From assembly GCA_030390025.1 (NCBI GenBank), contig CM059432.1, positions 58,778,001-58,842,000 on the forward strand: a stretch of DNA of 64,000 bases, given 5' to 3'. The notes below the pieces were generated by a model that saw only the letters and a program-made list of their open reading frames with translations, made no database searches and was not told the origin of the DNA. Each line of letters opens with the position of its first letter. Positions within the stretch are counted from its first letter, which is position 1. The translations under genes and the position numbers were made by a program. This DNA comes from Squalus acanthias. Lineage: Eukaryota. This document shows, piece after piece, positions 22,968 through 35,424 of the stretch.

Positions 22968-25900
22968 AATTACCAATATTTCTGTAAATTAACTGTGCTT
23001 TCTGTCTCTACTGCTCTCCTTACTTTAACATCCTATCATGCTGGAATGAAGCCCCAGATTACTAAAGAATAGTGCTTTCATGATACATTTGCATCTTTTA
23101 CATACATAGGATATATGACACAGAAACAGACCATTCAGCCCAACCAGTCCATGCCAGCGTTTATGCAACACACGAGCCTCCTCCCATCTTTCCTCATCTA
23201 ACTCTATCAGCATAACCCTCTTCTCTTCTCCCTCATATGCTTGACTAGCCTCCCCTTAAATGCATCTATACTATTCGCTTCAACCACTCCGTGGTAGCAA
23301 GTTCCACATTCTCACCACTGAGTAAAGAAGATTCTTCTGAATTCCCTATTCTTGGTGACTATCTTATATTGATGGCCTCTAGGTATGCTCTTCCCCACAA
23401 GTGGAAATATTCTCTCTCTATCCAGCCTGTTAATCCTTTCCTGATATGTATACCCTCGCATTTCTGGTATCATCCTTGTAAATCTTCTCTGCATCCTCTC
23501 CAGTGCCTCTATATCCTTTTTATAATATGGCGACCAGAACTGTACGCTGTAGTCCAAGTGTGGTCTAACCAAGATTCGATACAGGTTTAGCATAACTTCC
23601 TACTTTTCAATTCTATACCTCTAGAAATAAACCCTAGTGTTTGGTTTGCGTTTTTTTTACGGCCTTGTTAACCTGTGTCGCAACTTTTAGTGATGTGTGT
23701 ATTTGTACTCCGAGATCACTTTGTTCCTCTACCCTACCTAGACTCGCACCCTCCAAGTAATAGTGACCTCTCTATTCTTCCTACTAAAATGTGTAATACC
23801 TCACATTTATCTGTGTTGAACTTAATTTGCCAATTATATGCCCATTCTACAAGTTTATTAATGTCCTCCTCAGTATTGACAATCTCTCCCTCCCCCCCCC
23901 CTCCCCCCCCCCCCCCCCCCCCAAAAAAACAAAATTTGGTGTCATCAGCAAATTTAGAAATTGTGTTTTTGATTCCAAAGTCTAAATCGTTAATATAAAT
24001 TGTGAACAACAGTGGTCCCAGCACTGATCCTTGTGGAACACCACTACCCACCTTCTGCCACTGTGAATAGCTACCTTTTACCCCTACTCTCTGCTTTCTG
24101 TCTTGAAGCCAGCTAGCTATCCATTCTGCTACTTGTCCTCTAACTCCGCATTCTCTGACCTTATTCATAAGTCTGTTATGGGGTACCTTATTGAAGGCCT
24201 TTTGGAAATCTAGATGAATTACATCTACTGCATTACCATTGTCTACTCTCTCTGATGTTACCTCTTCGAAAAATTCAATGATGTTAGTCAAGCAAGACTT
24301 TCCCTTTTGAAATCCATGCTGACTATTCATTTCTATGTTTTTGGTTTCTAGATGTTCTTCTATTTTCTCCTTTAGTAGGGATTCCATTATTTTTCCTACC
24401 ACCATTGTTAAGCTGACTGGTCTATAATTCCCTGGACATGTTCTATCCCGCGTAAATATAGGTATTACGTTAGCTATCCGCCAGTCCTCTGGCACTACAC
24501 GTTTTTCTAACGAATTATTAAATGTGTAGTAATGCCTCTGCTATCTCTTCCCTAGATTATTTTAAAATGCGTGGATGCAATCCATCCGGACCAGGGGTTT
24601 TATCCTCCTTTTGAGTTTGATTAATTTATTTAATATATCCCCCCTCTTTATTTTAAATGCACGTATCTGATTATTAATCTCATCATCCAATGTCATGTCT
24701 ACCTGTTCTATCTCCCTGGTAAATACCGAAGCAAAATAATTATTTAATCTTTCTGCCATCTCTCTATCGTTACCTGTGGTGGTATCCTGTCTATCCCTTA
24801 ATGGCCCTATTCCCATCCCAACCTTCCTTTTACTATTTTGTTTTATGTTCCTTGATAATTTAATTTCATAGTTCCTCTTTACCTTCCTAATTGTTTTTTT
24901 GACTTCTCTCCTAATCTTTTTGTGTTATCCCTTATCATGCACTCCCCTGCTGTCTATGCACTTAATGTGTGCCTCTTTCCTTACCGTCAATTGTTCCCTT
25001 TTGGCTTTATTCATCCATGGAGTCTCATTAGTGTTTAGTTTGTTCTTTCCTTTTAGCGAAATATATTGTTCCTGCACTCTGTCGAACACCGTTTTAAATG
25101 TTTCCCATTGCTGTTCTACATTTTTTACCAAAATTGTTGCCCATTTTATTTTCCCAAGTTCTATTCTCAGCCCCTCAATCAGCTTTTCTCCAATCTATTA
25201 CCCTGGTTTTCGTCATACTTGTGTCCTTCTCAATTATCATCTTAAAGCGTATTATATTATGATCACTATTGCCTAAATGTTCCCCTGCTTTTACTTCTCT
25301 TATCTGCTCTGGTTCATTGCCCAGTACTAGATCCAATAGCGAAACCTCCCTTGTTTGGCTTTTTACATATTGTGTTAGAAAGGAGTCCTGTACACATTGC
25401 AGGAATGCCATTCCCTTATCCCCTTTACCTACCTCTTCTGTCCAATTAATATCAGGGTAGTTGAAATCCCCCATGATGATTATTCTATGTTTTTTACTCA
25501 TTTCCCTAATTTGTCTGCATATTTCTTCCTCCACCTCCCTTCCGCTATTAGGTGGTCTGTAGACTACACCTATTAGTGTGATTGATCCTTTATCTTTTAT
25601 CTCTATCCATATAGATTCTATTTTTGTCTTGCTGATAGCTGAGTCACTTTTTTTTCTACTGCCATTATGTTATCTCTAATAAGTACAGCTACTCACCTCT
25701 CCTTTTTCCCCTCTCTATCTTTTCTAAACATGTTATACCCTGCAATGTTTAATTCCCAGTCCTGATTTTTCTGTAGCCATGTCTCAGTAATCCCTACTAT
25801 GTCTGGTTCCTCACAACGCAGCCTCCAGCTCCCCTGTTTTATTACGGACACTGTGCATTGCTGTACAGACAGTTTAACTCCTTTTTAATAGGATCTCCTC

Positions 25901-26429
25901 TCTATGTTTAACTATCTTATTGGACTCCTGTTCTATAACTCTATTTATTCCCTTGCCATCAATGTCCTCCCTTACTTTATTTTTTCCTATGCGCTCTCTT
26001 CCTGTTTTGTTTATTTTTAGGCTGGTTACGTTTCTTGTAGATCCCTCCCCTCATTTTTAGTTTAAAGCCTTTGTCACCTCCCTATTTACCCTTTCTGCTA
26101 TTTACCCATCCCGGTTCAGGTGGAGCCTGTCCCATCTGTACAGCTCCTTCCTGTCCCAGAACTGGTGCCAGTGTCCCATGAAAAGGAACCCCTGTTTCCC
26201 ACACCAGCCCTTTAGCCACATGTTAACCCTCCTGACCTGTCTGCTATGCCAATTTGCACGTGGCTCAGGCAATAATCCAGAGATTATTACCCTCGAGGTC
26301 CTACTTTTTAATTTAGAGCCTAACTCCTGATACTCTTTCAGCAGGACCTCTTCCCTGTTCCTACCTATGTTGTTTGTTCCAAGATGGACCACGACAACTG
26401 GATTTACCCCCCTCCCTTTCCAAGTTCCT

Positions 26430-29400
26430 TCTTCGTGGATAGCACGTTTCAGGAGCTGGTCACCCTGCAGCTTAAGAGTGTGCAGGCAGAGAGGGAATGG
26501 GTGACCGTCAGACAGAAGAGGAGGACCAGGCAGGTAGGGCAGGCATCCCCTGAGTGCATCTCTCTCGCTAACCAGTTTTCAGTTCTGAATACTGGTGGGG
26601 GCGATAGTTCCTCTGGGGGGTGCAGCCAGGGCCAAGTCCACGGCACCATGGGTGGCTCAGCTGCACGGTGGGGGGAGGAAGAAGAGTGGGAAGAGCAATA
26701 GACATAGGGGATTCGACAGTTAGGGGAGCAGACAGGCGTTTCTGCGGCTGCAGACGTGACTCCAGGATGGTATGTTGCCTCCCTGGTGCCAGGGTCAAGG
26801 ATGTCACTGAGCGGCTGCAGGACATGCTGAGGGGGGAGGGTGAACAGTCAGAGGTCGTGGTCCATATCAGTATCAACAACATAGGTAGAACGAGGGATGA
26901 GGTCCTGCAGATTTTAGGGAGCTAGGAAAGAGATTAAAAAGCAGGACCTCAAAGGTAGTAATCTCCAGATTACTCCCGGTGCCATGTGCTTGAGAGTACA
27001 GAAATAGGAGGATAGAGTAGATGAATGTGTGGCTGGAGAGATGGTGCAAGAGGAAGGGCTTTAGATTCCTGATGCATTGGGACCATTTCTGGGGAAGGTG
27101 TGACCTGTACAAACCGGACGGGTTGCACCTCAACATTACCAGGACCAATATCTTCGTGGGAGGGTTTGCTAGTGCTGTTGGGGAGGGTTTAAACTAGCTT
27201 GGCGGTGGGGTGGGAACCTGAGAGTAGATTCAGAAGGGAGAGAAGCAAAGCTGGAAATGGAAGGCAGAAAATTAGTAAGTGTGTTTGGAAGACAGAGGAA
27301 ACTAAGCCTAGAAAATAGACAACAAGGGAGTTTGGCAGTGCTAATTGGTATATACTTCAATGCAAGGAGTCTAGGGAATAAAGCAGATGAGCTGAGGGCA
27401 CAGAGGCATGTGGGAGTATGATATTATAGCTATTACTGAGACATGGCTGAAAGAAGGGCAGGAATGGCAGCTCAGCATTCCTGGTTATAGGGTTTTCAGA
27501 CGAGATAGAGGGGGATAAAAAAGGAGGGGGGTCACAATTTATTAAAGAAACAATTACAGCTGTGAGGAGGGATGATATCTTAAAGGATTATCCAATGAGG
27601 CCATATGGGTTGAACTGAAAAACAAAAAAGGGGCAATCACACTGCTGAGAGTGTACCATAGACCCCCAAAAAGTCAGAGGGAGATAGAAAAGTAAATATG
27701 TAGGCAAATTTCTGAGACATGCAAAAATAGGGCAGTAATAGCAGTGGATTTCAACTTCCCTAATATTAACTGGGATGAAATTAGTGTGAAAGGTATAGAG
27801 GGAGCAGAATTCTTAAAATGCATTCAGGAGAACTTTTTTAGCCAGTACGTAGCAAGCCCAATGAGAGGGGGGGTGGTTCTGGACCTATTTTTAGGGAATG
27901 AAGCTGGGCAGGTGGAAAGGGTATCAGTGGGAGAGCATATTGGAGGTAGTGATCATAATTCAGTTAGATTTAGGGTAGTTATGGAAAAGGACAAGGTTAG
28001 ACCAGGAATAAAAGTTCTCAACTGGGGAAAAGCTAATCTTACTAAGCTGAGATGTGATTTAGCCAAAAACTTGAAGGTAAATCAGTGTCAGAGCAGTGGG
28101 AGGCATTCAAGGAAGAGATAGAGGGTTCAGAGCAAGTATGTTCCCTTAAAGAAAAAGGATGGGACTAACTAATCTAGAGCTCCCTGGATGTCAAGGGGCA
28201 TAGAGGGTAGGATAAAGGAAAAAAAGGGAAGCTTATGACATACCGAGGGCTCAATACTGCAGAAACCCTAGAGGAGTATAGGAAGTGCAGGGGTGAAATT
28301 AAAAAGGTAATTAGGAAAGCAAAGAGAGGGCATGAGAAAATATTGGCAAGGAAAACCCAAAGATGTTTTATAAATATATTAAGAGCAAGAGGATAACTAA
28401 AGTAAGAGTAAGGCCTATTAGGGATCATAAAGGTAACCTGTGTGTGGAGGTGGAAGACATGGTTATGGTTCTTAATGAATACTTTGGGCTCGATTTTTCC
28501 AGCCCTGAGGAGGCAGGTTTGGAGGCGTGTCAGCTGGTAAAATTGGAAAAAATGGCTTCAGACACCCAACCCGCCTCCATCCCGCCCCCACGCGATTTTC
28601 CTGAGTCTGTTCAGCTTTTCCCAAACTGACCTGACTCCAACCGGTCGAACAGGTAGTTAAGGCAGTTAAGAGCCTGTTAACTGCCTTGATAATCCTATTT
28701 TGACAGAGATTTCCCATTTTCCTATCTCTGGCTCCTATTTCCTGTCTTGTCAAACAGTCCTGCTGCAAGGGGACGAGTTGGTGGAGGACATGATCTGTAG
28801 TCATTATTGGTGCAGAACTTTAAAAGCGCTCCTGTAACATGGCTGGCATTCAAATGCAACAACTTTGTTGGAGGTTTGGAATAAAATTTTGCAAATCTAC
28901 TGACCGTGACTGGTCAAGCTGTCACACATCTGCTGTTTGAACTGATTGGAATAATTTCAGGCCACTTTGAGTGTGCGCTTGCAAGCTGCTTGCCTCAACT
29001 GAAATCTATAACAACGGGATGGAAACCATTTGCATCCTCTTATCCTGGTCGCCAGATTCGGAGGAAGAGCAGCGCAGCTTAGTGCTGCCGGATGAACAAG
29101 TGGCTCAGCACATAGCCTCCTTGGAGGAAGATGAAGATGAAGAGGATGAGGAGGAGGACGGGGAGTGATGCCGTGCGGGGTCAGATGTGGCCAATCCAGC
29201 AGCAGGCGACCACATTGCGTCAGGCAAGAGATGCACTCATCCATGCCAGCTTCGCGTAATCTTACGCTTCAACCACAGGTGGCTGGCACATGGAGATAAA
29301 TATAAGTCCGACATTCTCAAAACCCCAGGCACCATCTGTCCAATAAATGGTGGTTTGCGCTCAGTGTCGCCACCAACATTCTACATGGAAATCACCCTGA

Positions 29401-31820
29401 GCCCTCACTCTTGAACTTCCATTTCCCAGAACACAGAGGCCACACTTTAGGTGATCGCAGCAGATCATTACATCTTTTTCCACACTGAATCCATGTGCGT
29501 CTGCGCACAGACCTCGAGCTCACCTCAACAATTTGCAGCCAAGCTGCCTTGGTTTGCTGAGGAGGCCTCCTCCTTTTGTTTCCAGGGAAGAGGAGCTCCT
29601 GACATCCTCTAACTCCCTCAAGAGCATGGAGGGAGACCTCATTGAACCTGGGGTGCAGCCTTAGTTATTGGGGCTGCCATTCCTGCAGCAGCCAGCGTCT
29701 TTCAGAGAAAAAACATTAATATTACTAAGCCAATGCTTGGAACAAATCTGGCATCTTTTTCATTTCATAGTCAGATTATAAACTGATATATACAAAAAAT
29801 CATCTTTCTGGAAAAATATGACCAGCAATTTCATTTGTTAAATTTTGTTCAGAACAGACACCGTCAACTCCCCTTTCTATATATTACAGCACCAAACCAT
29901 CACATTGACATTTTCCCCAAAGGGGACATGGCCCTTTTAAATTTTCTTTCAAACCGTGTCATCAGACGCGAGGAACTGACAGCCTCCAAGCAATTGCCTG
30001 GAGGGACCCGCACGTCTGCCGTAACGATCAAGGTAAAATCGTAAGTTTTGGGAGGCGGCTGCCGGGAGCGGGTCAGAAAGCCTCCGAGCAGCGGACCCGC
30101 ACTCAAGCTGCCTCCATTAGTAAAATCGTGGCCTTTGCGTCTATTTTCACAAAAGAGAGGGACAATGCAGACATTGCAATCGGGGAGGAGGAGTGTGAAA
30201 TATTAGATGAAATAAACCTAGTGAGAGAGGAAGTATTAAAGAGTTTAGCATCTTTGAAAGTGAATAAATACCCAGGCCCAGATGACATGTATCCCAGACT
30301 GTTAAGTGAAGTGAGAGGAAATAGCAGAGGCTCTGACCATCATTTTCCAATCCTCTCTGGCTACAGGTGTGGTGCTGGAGGACTGCTAACGTGGTACCGT
30401 GGTTTAAAAAGGGAGAAAGGGATATAGACCGAGTAATTACAGGCCAGTCAGTCTAACCTCGGTGGTGGGAAAAGTATTGGAAAAAATTCTGAGGGACAGG
30501 ATAAATCTTCATTTACAAAGACACAGATTAATCGGGGACAGTCGGCATGGATTTGTTAAGGGAAGGTCATGTCTGACTAACTTCATTAAATATTTTGAGG
30601 AGGTAATAAGGAGGGTCGATGAGGGTAGTGCGTTTGATGTAGTCTATACGGATTTTAGCAAGGCTTTTGATAAGGTCCCGCATGGCAGACTGGTCACAAA
30701 AGTAAAAGCCCATGGGATCCAAGGCAAAGTGGCAAGTTGGATCTGAAATTGACTCAGGCAGGAAACAAAAGGTAATGGTCGAAGGGTGTTTTTGTGACTG
30801 GAAGACTGTTTCCAGTGGGGTTCTGCAGGGCTCAGTACTGGGTCATTTGTTTTTTGGTGTATATATCAATGATTTGGACTTGAATGTAGGAAGTATGATT
30901 TAAGAAGTTTGCAGATGATACAAAAATTGGCCGTGTGGTTGATAATGAAGAAGAAAGCTGTAGACTGCAGGAAGATATCAATGGATTGGTCAGGTGGACA
31001 GAACCGTGGCAAATGGAATTCATCCGGAGGTGTGAGGTAATGCATTTGGGGAGGGCTTACAAGGCAAGGGAATACACAATAAATGATAGGACACTGAGTA
31101 GTGTAGAGGAACAAAGGGACCTTGGAGTGCCTGTCCACAGATCCCTGAAGGTAGCAGGACTGGTAGATAAGGTGGTTAAAAAGGCATATGGGATAGTTGC
31201 CTTTATTAGCCGAGGCACAGAATATAAAAGCAGGGAGGTTATGCTTGAACTGTATAAAACACTAGTTAGGCTGCAGCTAGAATACTGCGTGCAGTTCTGT
31301 TCACCACATTACAGGAAGGATGTGATTGCACTAGAGAGGGTGCAGTGGAGATTTACGAGGATGTTGCCTGGGCTGGGGAATTTTAGCTATGAGGAAAGAT
31401 TGGATAGGCTGGGTTTGTTTTATTTGTAACAGAGGGGGCTGAGGGGAGACCTAATTGAGGTGTATAAAATTGAGGCCTAGATAGAGTGGATAGGAAGGAT
31501 CTGTTTCCCTTAGCAGAAGGGTCAATAACCAGAGGGCATAGATTTAAAGTAATTGGTAGGTGGTTTAGAGGGGAGTTGACAAATTTTTTCACCCAGAGGG
31601 TGGTGGGGGTCTGGAACTCACTGCCTGAAAGGTTGGTAGAGGCAGAAACCCTGATCACATTTAAAAAGTACTTGGATATTCACTTGAAGTATCGTAACCT
31701 ACAAGGCTACAGACCAAGTGCTGGAAAGTGGGATTAGTGTGGATAGCTCTTTGTCGGTCGGCACGGACAAGATGGGCCAAATGGTGGCCTCCTGTGCTGT
31801 AAATCTCTATGATTCTACGA
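26430..31820 (+). mobile_element. Long CR1 LINE (partial ORF1 plus ORF2) inserted in the minus-strand CR1
   Basis: TSD TTCCT at 26425-26429 and 31821-31825; esterase GDSTVRG..CCLPGARV, APE and RT motifs; (ATTCTATG)-like tail. Confidence 0.93.
28486..30133. mobile_element. Internally deleted PIF/Harbinger transposon with Myb/SANT-like ORF remnant
   Basis: TIRs GGGCTCGATTTT and GGCCACGATTTT, TSD TTT, flanking CR1 rejoins as aatgaatacTTTgcgtct; minus strand about 29680-29445 reads PRFNEVSLHALEGV..KAAWLQIVEVSSRSVRRRTWIQCGKRCNDL; acidic stretch on + at 29120-29168. Confidence 0.88.
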
Positions 31821-34800
31821 TTCCTCTCCAGCCGCCATGAGATATCCCTTACCCTGGCACCGGGGAGGCAACACACCCTTCGGAATTTTCGTTCTTGGCT
31901 GCAGAGGACGCTATCTATCCCCCTAATTATAGAGTCCCTATCACTACCACATTTGTATTCTGCTCCCCACCCTTGGACAGCCTTCTGAGCCGCGGTGCCT
32001 TGGTCTGCATTGTGGCTGTCCTCCCTGCAGTCTTTCTCCTTGTCCTCACAGGTAGGCGTGTACATCGTACCTGTTGGACAGGACCAGTGTCTGCGGGACC
32101 TCCTTCTCAACCTCTCCTAAATCCCCGCTACCCGGCTCCCTAACAGTCACACCCTCTCTTTCCTGAACCTGTGCTTTCCTCTGGAGTGTGACTGTATTCT
32201 GAATAAAACTGTCCAGAAATTCCTCCCCCTCCCTTGTGTGTCGGAGTGTCTCCAACTCGCAGTCCAGCTCAATGACTCTGAGCCAGTGAGATTCGAGATG
32301 GAGACATCTCCTGCAGACATGTTCGCTCGGGACAGTCTCGCTGTCCACAAACTCCCACATACTGCAGTCCAGACATGCAACCTGCTCTGCCATATCTTAG
32401 TCTAGCCTTAATTTATTTAATTAGTTAAAGTCTTTATTCAATGATTATTTATAGTTATATTAATTAGTTTAACTAGTTAAGCTATAAATTTAATACAGTA
32501 CTTTATAGTTTCCCGCACCTAGTTTAAACCACTGTTCTAGGTTAGAGAGAAAAGGGAGGGGAAAAAAAAAATAATACTCACCTGCCATTCAACTACCTGC
32601 TGTCCTGTGATGTCACTCCATTTTTTTGGAAATCGTCGAAGGTTCGGCCGCCGCTGGTACCGCCTCTAATTAGGTCCGCGCTGCCTGGTCTCCCGCTGTT
32701 TTAAGTATCGCCGCCGCTGATACCGCCTCCGATTAGGTCTCTGATGTCAAAATATGATTGAAGTAGGATTAGCCTTATTAAGTACTTTAAAAAAAAAACA
32801 GAGCATTAATGGTTAACCTATTTCTGTCATGTGTTTATTTCAGTGTTTCAATTTAGGAGTTTGGAAATTTACTGAGTTTAACTGATTGAAACTCTGCTTC
32901 ATTAAGCTAGTACAGCATGACAAAGCCATTGGACAATAAAGCAGCTTCCTTGTTTAAAATATTTAACTCTAGGTTGTTGTGCAATTTTGTATGGTTGACC
33001 AAGTATGGACTTCATTAGTTGGTAAGTGAGTGCCTGATAACATTTTATCAGGTTGTTGGATTTTCAGTGCAACAGAATTTGTTAATGCCAATTATGTCAA
33101 CATTCACAACAGTATGTTTTTAACTTTGTTTATTCACTGAACAGTTGGCATATTGACTAAAAAAGGAATCCGAATGAGCTGGCATTCGCTTATGCTATTT
33201 GCTCGTCAGCTGTTACTTGGCATCATTTCATATTAATATGTAGATTTTCCAATGAAGAAGCTTCAATTTGATTTAATTATTCAAAGCTGAAAAATCAGTT
33301 ACAAAATCAGCTGTCAGAGCTTGTATGAAACTTTAAAGGATAATGTTTGTCGAGTAAATTCTACAAGTTTATCTATAAAAGCCTTCTAGCACAAGTAGTT
33401 CTCTTAGTGAATAAAATTGACCATGGCAGTAATTGTGGGACTGCTTGCAAATTTTCTTGTTGAAATTGAGAATAAGGGCACTTGCAATATAAGCTATAAG
33501 AAAAGTAGATGCCTAAAGGGATACTTTTAAAGAAAATTCAATAAAGTTAAACCTTAGAAGGTAATTTGCTTTGATTTGGTATAACTATAGTTGACAGTTC
33601 ACTGTAAATTATTTCTCAAGGTGATGCTATCATTTTCAAGTTTGCTTACGTAGCTAAGTCTTAAAAGGTCGTCTTCATTTTATGATTTTGATTAATTTAA
33701 TTGATTTGAAAAAATAAAATTTGCTTCACTACTAGAGGATGCTATTTTAGAAATTACCCTTTTTTACCATGATAATCCTGGTCATTCCATTCTACAGTAG
33801 CTTTCCCAATCAGTGAGGAACGTAGCAATACTGTGAAACACAATCAAAATTGCTGAAATTGTCCAGGCCAGGTAATTTGATTCTGTTAATTGCTTTTCAG
33901 AAATGGAGTTTGATAACAATTAGAAACCTGCTGGGAATTAATCTGTTAATTAATTGGGCACGTTGTGCATTTGAGCACAATATTCTAAATGTTGCAGTAT
34001 TAGAAATCATCATAGTTCAGACTTGTATATTTAACAATAACTTGACCTTGGAATATATTTGGATTAATTTTTCGATCATTTCTCATGCCGAGTGTGTCCC
34101 CTCTAAGAGAAGATGGTGCTATGCTTGTCCTGTGACTTTCACAAACTATTACTGCCATACTTGGCACAGACAATTGCCATTTTTTTAAAACTGAGCATGG
34201 ATATTTATGGATACAAATGATATTTGGATAATGTAGTATTATAAACGCCTGCTTAGTGGGCCATGTCCCCAAAATTAGACAGAGATTCCCAATATTAACA
34301 TTTAAAATCTTGTTGGCTTTTGCTTTAAACAATCTGCTGCTGTTGAAATGAAATGTAAATAACCTACTTGCCCACTAAAAGGGCTGAAATGTGGGTTGGG
34401 GATGGAGTTGGATTCTACCTATTCATAGTCAATGGGCAGAAAATCTAGCTCTTCCCTTGAGATGCATGAAATTAACAACTTGACTAGGTTTCTGTACATT
34501 TTTCCTAATTTTTTTTAATCCCCTTCCTGGGAAGTACCTACACCTTTCTCTCTTCCACTAATTGCACAGATATGACCAGGATTTGGTAGGAGAAAGATTC
34601 TTGTTGGCTGAGTAAGTTCTTCCTTCTAGTTTCTGATCCTGCGTAATCATCAGAATCGCAACAAAAAGCAAAAAAAACCTACAAATGCAGGCAGTCTGAA
34701 CTTAAAGCCAAAAGTGATGAGATGCACAGCAAGTTGATGTTTGGGACTATAACCCTTCTTTGAAACTGAGATCAGGATCTCACACAAGAGGTAGACCTAG

Positions 34801-35216
34801 TCACCATGTCCATAGTTGGATTTACTGCAGCAAACCTGGAAGTTCTGATGCCATAGTTTTTAAAAGGCTGACCTCCAGAGAATTTAGAGTTACAGCTGTT
34901 GGTTGTGGCAGTATTACTGATTTCCGGAAAAGCCTCTACTTTGGTGGCTTACCATGATAACTGATTTTTTTTCCAACTGGTGCCATAATCACAATTTTGA
35001 TCTAACTAAGCCATAACTTGCTGGGAGTTTTATTGAATCTTCAACTGCTGCTCAGTCTTAGAGCCATTTGTGCACATCACCTGCCTTTGGGGATCACACT
35101 GGGTAAACTGCTCAAAGTTTTCCAGTTTTTATGAAAAGTGCAACCTGTTCCTGTGTGGGTTTTGAATTTGGTTCTGAACAAGCCATTTATGTTTAAGGCA
35201 AGACAGTTGCCTTGCA

Positions 35217-35424
35217 AAAGCAAAATACTGCGGATGCTGGAAATCTGAAATAAAAACAGAAAATGCTGGAAATGCTCAGCAGGTCAGGCAGCATCTGTGG
35301 AGAAACAGAGTTAACGTTTCAGGTCGATGACGAAGGGTCATCGACCTGAAACGTTAACTCTGTTTCTCTCTCCACAGATGCTGCCTGACCTGCTGAGCAT
35401 TTCCAGCATTTTCTGTTTTTATAT
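35217..35424. mobile_element. Palindromic Penelope-derived element (inverted pseudo-LTRs, hammerhead-like centre)
   Basis: Near-perfect inverted arms around GATGACGAAGGGTCATCGACCTGAAACGTTAAC; 13-bp TSD CAGTTGCCTTGCA at 35204-35216 and 35425-35437. Confidence 0.82.

Larger units (their letters stand above)
23103..32740 (-). mobile_element. Near full-length CR1 LINE (5' UTR, ORF1 Zn-finger/esterase, ORF2 APE-RT), split by a nested insertion at 26430-31820
   Basis: ORF1 MAEQVACLDCSMW..CRRCL (32393) and VCCLPGARVRDISWRLERN joins LEREGVNPVVVVHLGTNNIG across the insertion; APE MGDFNYPDINW; RT ORF 23734-24495; 3' UTR at 23103. Confidence 0.92.

Noticed and set aside
28971..29168. Small acidic protein gene
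   Set aside because: Lies inside the TIR-bounded Harbinger relic; low-complexity remnant.
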